Shown here: positions 38,167-47,505 of the stretch, one piece after another
Position numbering within the stretch: position 1 is the first letter of the stretch
How the letters are laid out: every line of letters starts with the position of its first letter
Virus record (IMG/VR): IMGVR_UViG_3300037524_002067
Span: 90,344-154,343 of that record
Direction: 5' to 3' (one strand)
DNA: 64,000 bases
Origin: a virus
Made by a program: the position numbers and the translations under genes
Notes under the pieces: generated by a model
What the model was told of the DNA's origin: nothing
Seen by the model: the letters and a program-made list of their open reading frames with translations, nothing else
The model's database searches: none

Positions 38167-38997
38167 TTATTCTACATCTGGATAGAATAATCTATGTGTG
38201 ATTGGCACATCTTTGGTATCCACATGACCACAATTAGGACATTCAAAATCATAGCTTAAATCTAAACCTGGCTCAATTTGCCTATTGTATTCTCTAAAAA
38301 ACAAAGAGTCCTTTGTTGGCATCGCACTAATAAATTTGGAAATATACAGTTTATCTTTTTTTCCATTAACCTCCATAATTTGAAGCAAATATCTTTCAGT
38401 AATAACTTTTGAAACTTTTATACCACCAGTTTTTTTACCACCACCTTCAATTATCTTGGCAAGCCTCTTTTCGTCTGAACCTTTTAACAACCTAAATTTA
38501 ACCTCCATCTTTATTGTTGGAAGAATTACAGAATAAAGACCGTTTTCATCTGGCATTAATTCTAATTCTCTTTTTTTAAGTTTATTCAAATCCACTATTG
38601 GGTGATCTTCATGCCCACAAGAACTGCAGACAATTTTTCCAGGTTTGTAATCAGATCCGAAGCCAGTTTTTCTAAGTTCTATCAAAACATAATTTCTATC
38701 CCCAGAAACCATATCATCTGGTCTTAAATCTTGATCTATTATTGCGTTTTCCAACAAAACATCTAAAACCTTTCCACTTTTAATAAGATCAGTTGAAAAC
38801 AATATATTATCACCTTCTGCGGTTAAATATTTTATTTTTATACTTGATTTGCCGTTTTCGTAAAATTTGCCCAAAGATGGTAATTGCAACTCTTCAGTTG
38901 GTATTTTAAACTCTTCTTCAAAATCTTGAAAGTTTGAAGGTTTATGTCCATCATTTAAATTGGTGTTGCCAATAGTAATTTTTTCATTATTTTCCAT
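38167..38997 (-). CDS. T4 gp26-like baseplate hub assembly protein
   Basis: LPSLGKFY, GDRNYVLIELRKTGFG, CSSC, VKFRLL, CPNC, FYP. Confidence 0.8.
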   Translation of the reverse strand: MENNEKITIGNTNLNDGHKPSNFQDFEEEFKIPTEELQLPSLGKFYENGKSSIKIKYLTAEGDNILFSTDLIKSGKVLDVLLENAIIDQDLRPDDMVSGDRNYVLIELRKTGFGSDYKPGKIVCSSCGHEDHPIVDLNKLKKRELELMPDENGLYSVILPTIKMEVKFRLLKGSDEKRLAKIIEGGGKKTGGIKVSKVITERYLLQIMEVNGKKDKLYISKFISAMPTKDSLFFREYNRQIEPGLDLSYDFECPNCGHVDTKDVPITHRLFYPDVE

Positions 38998-39012
38998 AAT
39001 CTTTGTTTTACA

Positions 39013-39020
39013 GATAAATA
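39013..39020 (-). promoter_or_regulatory. putative late promoter variant TATTTATC
   Basis: 15 nt upstream of ATG. Confidence 0.45.
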
Positions 39021-39058
39021 ATAACCTAAAATTTTTCTAAAATAAAACGAATTTTATA

Positions 39059-39508
39059 TTAAATTGGAGATTGTAAAGGTGGTAAAACACTAGAAATGTT
39101 TTTTGTGTCCACATTTTTAGATAATTTAGCCTGTTTTTCTATTTCTTGTCGCTGTTTTTCTATTTCAGACTTCGCTTTTATTATGCCCTGTTTAGCTTTT
39201 TCCAGGTCTTTTAATTGCTTTTCTTTGTTTTTTAAGTTTTTTTCAGCCTCAGGGACCTCTCTTTCAAGGCCCTTTTTTTCTGGAGAATTAGCACTTAATT
39301 TATTTTTTAATTGATTCTTAGATTTAATTTCGCTATTTGAATTTGTTAAATCTATTTTTTGATTTTTTACAATGGCATCAATGTTTTCCAGATCAGAGCT
39401 TAATTGGGTACTAATATCATTTATTGTGTTGGTTATATCTTGACCCAAAACATCCTGTTCAAAAATTGTTTTAGCTACAATTTCTTTTATTATTCGCCTA
39501 ATTTTCAC
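39059..39508 (-). CDS. coiled-coil protein, putative head-packaged/scaffold-like
   Basis: MKIRRIIKEIV..IFEQ N-terminus; K/E/Q coiled coil. Confidence 0.65.
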   Translation of the reverse strand: MKIRRIIKEIVAKTIFEQDVLGQDITNTINDISTQLSSDLENIDAIVKNQKIDLTNSNSEIKSKNQLKNKLSANSPEKKGLEREVPEAEKNLKNKEKQLKDLEKAKQGIIKAKSEIEKQRQEIEKQAKLSKNVDTKNISSVLPPLQSPI

Positions 39509-39947
39509 CTTTTATGAGTTTTTTAAATTTATCTTTTACTTTGTCGTAGTTTTCTTTTAAATCAGATTCCCAAACTCTTTCTATTGAATACCCAACAACA
39601 TTAGCTAAACCATCTTTGTATATATCGTTTCTTTGGTTTTTCTTCTGCAATCCATTTAGTTTTTCAAACTTTTCTGGGTGACCATGCCAATAAACACCAT
39701 CTACTTCAACTATTAAACCAACGCTTGGAATATAAAAATCAAATATTTTATCTTTTATTACCTTTTGCGTTTCAAATTTTACATTTAATTCTTTTAACAA
39801 CTGAGAAAACTTCCTTTCAGGCCAAGTCATGTTTTCAACATTCTGTTTTGCGTTTTTTTTAAGCATTGAAACGTTTCCTAGTGCCTGTCTTTTTAATCTG
39901 TTTATTTCTTTTTTTATTCTCTTAGACTTCACCTTAGTTATAAACAA
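39498..39947 (-). CDS. Vsr/DUF559-like endonuclease
   Basis: T.PE, FDFYIP..LIVEVDGVYWHG, ND..KD, GY.I.RVWE; TTG start. Confidence 0.85.
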   Translation of the reverse strand: MFITKVKSKRIKKEINRLKRQALGNVSMLKKNAKQNVENMTWPERKFSQLLKELNVKFETQKVIKDKIFDFYIPSVGLIVEVDGVYWHGHPEKFEKLNGLQKKNQRNDIYKDGLANVVGYSIERVWESDLKENYDKVKDKFKKLIKGEN

Positions 39948-39965
39948 TTTTTTTTTAAACTTTTT

Positions 39966-40006
39966 TATAAATATGCCTAAAAATATATAAAAATCACATA
40001 TTTATA
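39966..40006. promoter_or_regulatory. divergent pair of putative late promoters
   Basis: TATTTATA on minus (39966-39973) and on plus (39999-40006), each facing its own gene. Confidence 0.6.
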
Positions 40007-40016
40007 AACAAAAAAA

Positions 40017-40241
40017 GTGAAGCCTAAGAGAAAAAAAACAAACTTGCCTTCTAATAACAAGAAGAAATCAACAGCTTCTTCGAGTAAAGGCTCTATTAAA
40101 AAAAGCGCCTATAAATTAGATGACAAAAAAATAGCTTCAATTTCAGAAAAAATAAAAAAAATAAACACAAAATTCGAGACTCTTATCGAAGAATGTAAAA
40201 GCGCCTTGTGCAAATTAAATAACAAATTGGAAGTCGTTTAA
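40017..40241 (+). CDS. small basic protein
   Basis: K/S-rich ORF, GTG start 10 nt after TATTTATA. Confidence 0.55.
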   Translation: MKPKRKKTNLPSNNKKKSTASSSKGSIKKSAYKLDDKKIASISEKIKKINTKFETLIEECKSALCKLNNKLEVV

Positions 40242-40246
40242 ATATT

Positions 40247-40642
40247 ATGGAACAACAAAACCCAGATAGAGTCTTAGATTTAATTTTAAGCCAACTTGAG
40301 AAACTAAATATAAACCAAGAAAAATTATCTCAAGAAATACAAAAAACAAACCTAGAGTTAGCTAAAATAGGCAACTTACAAGGAACCGTTGATAGCTTTG
40401 AGGAATGGAAAATATCTATAGAAAGAGTATTAAATGCAGAGGATTTAAAAGAAATCAAAAAATTCTTTTCAAACAATTATTCAATAAACGCAGAAATAAC
40501 CGATCTCTATAACATAACCAAAGAGCTCAGAGACTCAGTTGAAGATTACAAAAAATTTAAAGTTAGAGCCATGACAATAGTTTCTGTGCTGTCTTTTATA
40601 TTTGGAACAGCAATTACAATACTTGTTAAGCTTATTCATTAG
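40247..40642 (+). CDS. coiled-coil protein with C-terminal TM helix (holin/antiholin-like candidate)
   Basis: Coiled coil then AMTIVSVLSFIFGTAITILV. Confidence 0.6.
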   Translation: MEQQNPDRVLDLILSQLEKLNINQEKLSQEIQKTNLELAKIGNLQGTVDSFEEWKISIERVLNAEDLKEIKKFFSNNYSINAEITDLYNITKELRDSVEDYKKFKVRAMTIVSVLSFIFGTAITILVKLIH

Positions 40643-41069
40643 AAGCTTTTTTTGCCAATTCATCAACTCTTTTTGAAAAACTATCAGAAACTCTTTTTAT
40701 TTTAACAAATTCAATACAGCTTGATTTTTGTAACTCTATTAATTCTAACCAAAGCTCCTTATTTAAAACTGGCTTTTTTTCAGAATTAATCCAGTTGTTG
40801 TTATTCCACTTTTCTATCCAATTGTCTAAAAAAGCGTTTACCACATAAGCGCTATCTGAAAACAGCCTAGCTTTAAGACCTTTATATTCTTTTAATGAGT
40901 TTATAGCTTGTATAGCGGCTATCATTTCACATTTATTGTTTGTGGTATTTAAAAGAGATCCACTCTGCTCTAAAATAATCTTTTCATCTTTTATAATTAA
41001 AAAAGACCAACCTCCCTTTCCAGTTTTTTGATTACACGCCCCATCGGTGTAAATTTTTAGATCTTCCAT
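40632..41069 (-). CDS. rnhA: ribonuclease HI
   Basis: IYTDGAC, GGW, TTNNKCEM, SDSAYV, W..NNW, V.NKELW, VDELA. Confidence 0.92.
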   Translation of the reverse strand: MEDLKIYTDGACNQKTGKGGWSFLIIKDEKIILEQSGSLLNTTNNKCEMIAAIQAINSLKEYKGLKARLFSDSAYVVNAFLDNWIEKWNNNNWINSEKKPVLNKELWLELIELQKSSCIEFVKIKRVSDSFSKRVDELAKKASNE

Positions 41070-41072
41070 TTT

Positions 41073-44000
41073 TTATATATCCACCTTGGTTAGTTTTGTT
41101 CCTTTTATTATGTTTATAAATCCGTTTTGGTTTTTTTCAAACTTTGTAGCATAAATACACCCAGGATTTAATATTGGTTTTATTTGATCGCACATTGGGG
41201 AGAAAACTCTTAAATTTTGATTTGTTATACCATCTCCAATTTTTAATATTAAGTATTTTGCCCCATTTTTTGTTGTTGATTCACTTATACTTTCCAATAA
41301 AAAATAATACCACCCATCATTCTCAAACTCGACGATGTTTTCAATTGGTTTTTTTGATATACTTTTTATTTTTTCTTTTATTTCTGCTATTCGTTTAATT
41401 TTTTCCAAATCAAAACTACAAACCTCCAAAAAACTTGCTCTTTTTTCCTCTTCTGTTGTTTTTGGGAAATCGTGACTTTGATTTGTTAAATTAAACTCTT
41501 CTCCACCCATATCAAACATAAATATTTGTTTAGCGTCTACCTTTTTTCTTTTTTTCTTTTCTTTTAAAGACAACAAATATTGTCTTGAATCTGACCAAGA
41601 GTCAAACACACCAGCTTTAACACAAGAGCCAAAACTTGTTTTGTTAAATTTAGAAAAAGGCAACTCAAAAAATTCTGCCATTGTAATTGTTTCTAATTTT
41701 TTGTTTCTGCTAAGCAATAAATCTTGTAATTCTTGGTGAGCTATATCTCCAACGCCATTTATTGCTGAAAAGCCCATAGATATTTCTTTGTCGCCTGTCA
41801 TTGTCCAATGCCAACCAGACTTTAAAGAAGGTGGTTTAATAACAATGCCCTGAATCATTGCGGCAGCTATAGCTGATGTAAGCCAAGCTTTTGTTTTGTC
41901 TTTATCGTTAAATGTTTTTGGGTGATTAAAAAGTGCTGTGTAAAATTCGGTTGTATAATAATGCTTTAAAAACAGTGTGCGCATAGCCAAATAAGAATAG
42001 GCGGCTGCGTGACTTTTATTAAAAGAATAACCTATGTATTTAACAATATAATCTTTTATTTTGTCAACATCATTAGTATTATATCCTTGCTTTGCAGCTC
42101 CTTCTAAAAATTTATTCCAATATTTTTCAAACTCAGCATAATTTGCTTTTTCTTTATTAGTAAGTGTTTCACCAGCATTCTTCTTTTTAATTGCAGGGCT
42201 AGCTTTATCCATATACCTCCTAAGCATATCTCCCTCTCCAAGTGTCATCCCCCCAATTCTATGAGCTATAAACATAAGCTGCTCTTGATAAACCAAAACT
42301 CCATTTGTTTTACTTAAAATTGGTTCCAACGCTGGGTGAACATACTTTATATCTTTTGGATTAAATTTGTTTTTTATAAATTCCTCGTGGGCTTTAATCT
42401 CCATTGGTCCTGGTCTAAACAAAGCGTTTGCAGCAACCAACTCTTCAAAGTTCTCTGTAAACATTTTTTTTATCATACCATTCATTCCAGCACTTTCAAA
42501 CTGAAAAATACCATTGTTCATACCAAGCCTTAATTCATGAAATAAGTTTTTGTCGTTTATATCTATATTTTTTACCTGCTTAGAAACATCTATACCCTTC
42601 TTTTCTTTCACAAGCTGTATAGCCTCTTTAATCACATTTAATGTTTCTATTTTTAATCTATCAAGTTTTAATATCAAAAGTTCAGATAAATCTTTACCTG
42701 ATTTATCTGCCTCTTGAAACGCTGTTACAATGCTTTTTTGTTTTGCTACAATGTTTACTGGAACATATTCCCAACAAGGTCCTGGAGTGATAACAATACC
42801 AGCTGCGTGTTGTCCTATTCCCTTTACATTTCCTTGTAGTTTCAAAGTTTCATTCATGATAACTTTATGAGCTGGATTTGTTAGCCACGCTCTAACACGC
42901 TCACTGCAATTTGGATCTTTTGGGTAATTTACAAACCAATCTTTTAAAGAATATTCTACCTTATCCCAATTTGGCATTGCCTTTGTCACATATTCAACAT
43001 CAGAATCTTGAGTTGTATACTCCTCTCCAAAGTGAGCTCTTACAACATCTTTTAACGTATTTTTTTCACTAAAAGTTGTAAAAGTCGAAACGTTTATAAC
43101 TCTGTTTCTTCCGTATTTTTCATACAAAAACTGATCAGTAATATGATCGGTGTCTTTTTCAAAATCTACATCAATATCAGGCATACCTGATCTTGTAGGA
43201 TTCATAAATCTTTCAAAATATAAATCAAATCTTATTGGATCAATATCTGTAATGCCAAGACAAAAAGAAAGCAGACAACCACAAGCAGAACCTCGACCAG
43301 GCCCAATTGAGTAACCCTTACTCGTATAATCATTAATTAGTTCCCAATAAACCAAAAAATAATCTAGAGCACCTTTTTCCTCTATGACTTTAAGTTCAAA
43401 AGCTAATCTGTCATAATATTCTTTTTCTTTTTCTGGTGTTATTAAAACTAGACCATTTTCTTTATACTCTTTTATTTTTTGTTTTAATTTAAAAAGAGAC
43501 AATCTTGTTATAATTTCCTTTGTATTTCTTGTGTTAAAAACCTCTTCAACTTTCGGAGAGGCTTCATACACAGGAAATTTACTTGTTTTTGTATCAAAAT
43601 CAAAACTACATTTTTCAGCGACTTTTAAAGTGTTGCTTAAGCATAAATCAACAAACTCTTCTGGATAATTATAACCAAATTTTTTATTAAAAATATGAAA
43701 GTCATCTACGTTGGCATAAAATAAATTTCTTGTGCTTAACTTAAAAGCCATTTCGCTCAACTTCTCTTTTCTGTTGATAGCTATTAGGGTATCTTGCAAT
43801 ATGTCTTCTCCAGGAAAAGCATAATGTACATCATTAGTAAGTATAGGCATAAGACTATACTTCTGTATCATTCTAATAAGCCAATTGTTGTAGATCTTCT
43901 GCCCATCAAACTCATTAAACTGCAACTCTGCTACAATATTATCCCCAAATTCTCTCATTAAAATTTTAAGATACTCTTCGGCCTCTTTTTCTTTGCCAGC

Positions 44001-44624
44001 TCTAACCATTTGAGACATTTCACTAACCGCGCAAGATGTGGTAATAAACAATCCGTTTTTGTTTTCAATTAACCAATCAGTTTTTATTCTACCACGCCTG
44101 TAAAATCCTTCCGTAAAAGATCTATAAACTAACTTATTTAAGTTCACAAAACCATCTTGGTTCATTACAAAAATAGATTGATGACTTGAACCGCCCTCGT
44201 GCTTTTTTGCGTCCTCGAAATCACCCATTTGATTGTTTACATATGCCTCAAGACCTATAATAGGTTTTATGCCAGCAGCTTTACATTTTTTCCAAAACTC
44301 AAAAGTGCCTGAAACTGTACCATGGTCGGTTATTGCGATTGCTGGATGATTATATTCCTTGGCTAACTTTACATAATCATCCATGTTACCAGCACCATCG
44401 AGAATAGAGTGATAACTGTGGAGGTGACAATGAACCATTGGTCTTTTTTTCCTGTCCAATTCTAGCTTTTGCACCTCTTTTTTTAACGCATCTCTCTTCT
44501 CTTGAAACAACTCTGTGGCGTATCCCTCGTTGGTTTTAGCCAATTGCGTAAACTCATCTGTGTACACGTGTTGTTTGCCACAGTTACAGTTTTTTTGATT
44601 ACATATTTGGTTTTGATATTCCAT
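41073..44624 (-). CDS. dnaE: DNA polymerase III alpha subunit with intact PHP domain
   Basis: HCHLHSYHSILDG, AITDHG, GLEAY, TNDVHY, GPGRGSA, FERFMNP.R..MPDIDVDF, QHAAG, GIFQFES, YQEQ, YSFNKSHA. Confidence 0.96.
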   Translation of the reverse strand: MEYQNQICNQKNCNCGKQHVYTDEFTQLAKTNEGYATELFQEKRDALKKEVQKLELDRKKRPMVHCHLHSYHSILDGAGNMDDYVKLAKEYNHPAIAITDHGTVSGTFEFWKKCKAAGIKPIIGLEAYVNNQMGDFEDAKKHEGGSSHQSIFVMNQDGFVNLNKLVYRSFTEGFYRRGRIKTDWLIENKNGLFITTSCAVSEMSQMVRAGKEKEAEEYLKILMREFGDNIVAELQFNEFDGQKIYNNWLIRMIQKYSLMPILTNDVHYAFPGEDILQDTLIAINRKEKLSEMAFKLSTRNLFYANVDDFHIFNKKFGYNYPEEFVDLCLSNTLKVAEKCSFDFDTKTSKFPVYEASPKVEEVFNTRNTKEIITRLSLFKLKQKIKEYKENGLVLITPEKEKEYYDRLAFELKVIEEKGALDYFLVYWELINDYTSKGYSIGPGRGSACGCLLSFCLGITDIDPIRFDLYFERFMNPTRSGMPDIDVDFEKDTDHITDQFLYEKYGRNRVINVSTFTTFSEKNTLKDVVRAHFGEEYTTQDSDVEYVTKAMPNWDKVEYSLKDWFVNYPKDPNCSERVRAWLTNPAHKVIMNETLKLQGNVKGIGQHAAGIVITPGPCWEYVPVNIVAKQKSIVTAFQEADKSGKDLSELLILKLDRLKIETLNVIKEAIQLVKEKKGIDVSKQVKNIDINDKNLFHELRLGMNNGIFQFESAGMNGMIKKMFTENFEELVAANALFRPGPMEIKAHEEFIKNKFNPKDIKYVHPALEPILSKTNGVLVYQEQLMFIAHRIGGMTLGEGDMLRRYMDKASPAIKKKNAGETLTNKEKANYAEFEKYWNKFLEGAAKQGYNTNDVDKIKDYIVKYIGYSFNKSHAAAYSYLAMRTLFLKHYYTTEFYTALFNHPKTFNDKDKTKAWLTSAIAAAMIQGIVIKPPSLKSGWHWTMTGDKEISMGFSAINGVGDIAHQELQDLLLSRNKKLETITMAEFFELPFSKFNKTSFGSCVKAGVFDSWSDSRQYLLSLKEKKKRKKVDAKQIFMFDMGGEEFNLTNQSHDFPKTTEEEKRASFLEVCSFDLEKIKRIAEIKEKIKSISKKPIENIVEFENDGWYYFLLESISESTTKNGAKYLILKIGDGITNQNLRVFSPMCDQIKPILNPGCIYATKFEKNQNGFINIIKGTKLTKVDI

Positions 44625-44864
44625 TTAATCAATCAACTCACCTAAATCAATGTTGTGTTCATTAAACAACTCATTAATTCTTTCAAAAACAAAGTCTAGA
44701 ACTTCATCTTTTGTCAAATGATCCATTCTATCTTCGCATTCCCTTCTAAGGTTGCATGAAATTTGAAATAATACGAAAGTCATATTAAGAGATTTTACAC
44801 ACCGCATATGAGCTTTTCTATCTTCTGGATTGTCTAAATCAAATTTTAATTGTGCTTTTGCCAT
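44625..44864 (-). CDS. hypothetical protein
   Basis: ORF abutting the dnaE start. Confidence 0.7.
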   Translation of the reverse strand: MAKAQLKFDLDNPEDRKAHMRCVKSLNMTFVLFQISCNLRRECEDRMDHLTKDEVLDFVFERINELFNEHNIDLGELID

Positions 44865-44968
44865 ATTTACAATACGAAAATAGTCAAAAACCTAAATAAA
44901 AGCAAATTTTTTAAGATTAATAGAAAAATTATCTAAAAAAAACAGTAAAAAACTAGATAAAAACAAGC

Positions 44969-45217
44969 TTAATACTCGCTATCGAAATCCTGTCTAGTTT
45001 TCAATATTTTACGAGAAAGCTCTGGCAAAGCATAATTCTTTAATCTAGATATTTTACCCCTAGCTCTTACACCTCTAATTTTAAACTTTTTTGGTCCAAG
45101 AAATTCATTGATATCGTTTTCAATATCGGCTATAATTTCTTTTATTTTTGCCAAATCATACTTTATTTTATAAGTGTCATTGATATTATAAAGATCATCA
45201 AACTTCATCGCTTTCAT
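44969..45217 (-). CDS. histone H1-like (Hc1-type) small DNA-binding protein
   Basis: KIKEII..IE.D...F...K..GVRARGK resembles the Bacteroidetes Hc1-like GNK.AG.RARK pattern. Confidence 0.5.
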   Translation of the reverse strand: MKAMKFDDLYNINDTYKIKYDLAKIKEIIADIENDINEFLGPKKFKIRGVRARGKISRLKNYALPELSRKILKTRQDFDSEY

Positions 45218-47447
45218 TTTTTAATTCATCCACACCTTTATTTTCTGAAACATCTTCAGTACTTGATTCGAAAAGATTGTTTTGTGAATCTTCAATTTCT
45301 GTTTCAAACAAATGATTTTCAACATCAATATTTTCTTCTTCAAAAATTGGATTATCTGAATTTTCAAAATCATCAACCACTTCGCTTACAATCTTTGGTT
45401 TAAAAAGGTTTTCCAAAGTTGTCATCATGTCTTGAGTTTGATTTATAAGCTTTTCATTATTTGTAAAAAGTGTATCTTTTTCAGATTCTATCTTTTCTTG
45501 AATAATGCCTGGCTCTGTTTCTTCTTTTTCAATTGAATCAATACTATTTTGAATTCTCTCAAATAACTTTTTAGTTCTGAAATTCAATTTCTTGTTATTG
45601 TTTATTAAAATAGAATCAACCTCCTCTTTTTTATCTTCGCCAAGTAAATCGTCAAGATAATTACCAAATCTATCATCAGATTCTTTAAGTAATTTTTTCA
45701 ACAATCTATTTTTACCCTCTGATAAAGGAGCTTCTTCTGGTTCTGTTTCGCCAGTTGGAGTCTCAGGTGTTTCAGCACCAACCTCTTCAGCTCCTGGAGT
45801 TCCGCCAAGTTCTTCCCCACCAATTTCTTCTTCACCTGGTAAACCAGCCCCCATATCCATTCCACCACCTCCAAGCAAACTGCTGGTAGCGCCACCGCCA
45901 CCACCACCCATATCACCGCCAGTTTCTTCAGAAGGCTTAGCAACAGCACCTGGTATTTCATATTTGGCATCAAGATCAGCAAACAAACCAATTTTTTTGT
46001 AAGTGTCAACACCAGAGTCAATCTCGGCAAATATTTTCTTCTCAATTTTTTTCTGTTTAAGAATTAATTTAATCTCTTGCTTAGAAAAACCAAGAATATT
46101 TTCCATTACCCAAGTCCAAGATGTAAACGAAGTTGCATCTGGTTTATAATATTCATTCGCCACCTCAAGTCTTGCCTTTTGAGTTTCAAGTTTCAACAAC
46201 TCTTGTTGTGTAGATGGGTTTGTAAGTGTTAAAGTAAAATTATCAATGTCATCTTTAAATCCTGCAAAATATAAATGGATATTAACAATTCTACGGAGCT
46301 CCATTAAAAAAATCTCCTGAATCCCATTTATTGTTCTGGCGAATCTAAGATCTGCCTGAGAAAGAGTGCTTCCACCTGGCATTGATTCAGCATAATTCAA
46401 ATATGCTTTTGGAACTTGCAAAGAAGCAAATAATTTGTTTTGTAAGTATTCAATATCTTGAATGTCAGAAAGATTACTTGCACCTGGCAATGTGTCAATC
46501 CTAGATGACTTATCACCCCTAATCGGAATAAAATAATCCTCTGTAATGTTCATTGGATTATACTTCATATTGATATTTCCAGTTCTTGAGTCTACTATTG
46601 GTTGCTTCTTTAACTGGTTTTGTATTTTTTGAACATATGTTTTTACATCTCCATCTTCTAGATTACCAACTTCAATATAAAATACTCTTCTTTCAGGAGC
46701 TCTTGTAATACGATAAACCAACATTGAATCTTCTGCGAGCTGTAATTGTTTCCACAATTTTCTTGCTGGATCCAAAATTGAACGTCCGTATGGTATCTTC
46801 ATGGTATCCTCAATAAGTCTAAAGTGAGCTATTTGCCACTCTTCGAAATATTCATTTACCATATCATATCTAAATCTTACAGCTCCAGGTTTTCCATCAT
46901 AACCATCTTCCCTATGCACATCTTCTGGACGCAAAGTTTGGAAATCATATATCCCCTCATCTTTGTCAATATGAAGATGGACAAAATAATCTCCATATTT
47001 TACAAGATCGCGAATCCACAATTTTGCATTAAACTCTATACTTAACCTCTTGTGAAGAAGATCTTTTATAACCTCTTTTATTCTTGAGTTGTCTGAATAA
47101 ATTTCAATAATATCTCCACCAGCTGATCTAGTAAGCGCCTCGTCTCTAATTATATTAAGAGCTGCAGCAATCTCTGGCGACATGTCCATAGCTCTATAAT
47201 CCTGATAAGCCTGCAATCTATCAGTGTCAAAATAAAGCGTTTTTTGATACAGGTTGTGAGCCATCTTGTTCACCTGCCAATCTAAAAATTGCTGTTGAAT
47301 GTTTTCTATGCTGTTATCAGTAACTGTTCCAACAAAACTCGTTGGGGTTCCAGGTATTTGAGCAACTCTTTTCTTTCCACCATTTATAGCGTCTAAAACA
47401 CCCTGAAAAATGTTATCTTGTTTGTTATTTTGTTGATTATCTGCCAT
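45198..47447 (-). CDS. portal protein (T4 gp20-like) with long acidic C-terminal extension
   Basis: YRAMD.SPEIAAAL, PYGRSILDPARK.WKQL.L.EDSMLVYRITRAPERRVFYIEVGN, EDYFIP.RG, IDTLPG. Confidence 0.95.
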   Translation of the reverse strand: MADNQQNNKQDNIFQGVLDAINGGKKRVAQIPGTPTSFVGTVTDNSIENIQQQFLDWQVNKMAHNLYQKTLYFDTDRLQAYQDYRAMDMSPEIAAALNIIRDEALTRSAGGDIIEIYSDNSRIKEVIKDLLHKRLSIEFNAKLWIRDLVKYGDYFVHLHIDKDEGIYDFQTLRPEDVHREDGYDGKPGAVRFRYDMVNEYFEEWQIAHFRLIEDTMKIPYGRSILDPARKLWKQLQLAEDSMLVYRITRAPERRVFYIEVGNLEDGDVKTYVQKIQNQLKKQPIVDSRTGNINMKYNPMNITEDYFIPIRGDKSSRIDTLPGASNLSDIQDIEYLQNKLFASLQVPKAYLNYAESMPGGSTLSQADLRFARTINGIQEIFLMELRRIVNIHLYFAGFKDDIDNFTLTLTNPSTQQELLKLETQKARLEVANEYYKPDATSFTSWTWVMENILGFSKQEIKLILKQKKIEKKIFAEIDSGVDTYKKIGLFADLDAKYEIPGAVAKPSEETGGDMGGGGGGATSSLLGGGGMDMGAGLPGEEEIGGEELGGTPGAEEVGAETPETPTGETEPEEAPLSEGKNRLLKKLLKESDDRFGNYLDDLLGEDKKEEVDSILINNNKKLNFRTKKLFERIQNSIDSIEKEETEPGIIQEKIESEKDTLFTNNEKLINQTQDMMTTLENLFKPKIVSEVVDDFENSDNPIFEEENIDVENHLFETEIEDSQNNLFESSTEDVSENKGVDELKNESDEV

Positions 47448-47490
47448 ATAAGATTATTATTTAATTAAAAATATGTATTAAAAACATAAT

Positions 47491-47498
47491 TATAAATA
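47491..47498 (-). promoter_or_regulatory. putative late promoter TATTTATA
   Basis: Upstream of portal. Confidence 0.55.
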
Positions 47499-47505
47499 GT
47501 TAAAG

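Noticed and set aside
44870-44900. Third ECF-type promoter ahead of the dnaE operon (CGTATT)
   Set aside because: No TGAAAC at 17-nt spacing; the same applies to CGTATAA at 5217-5223
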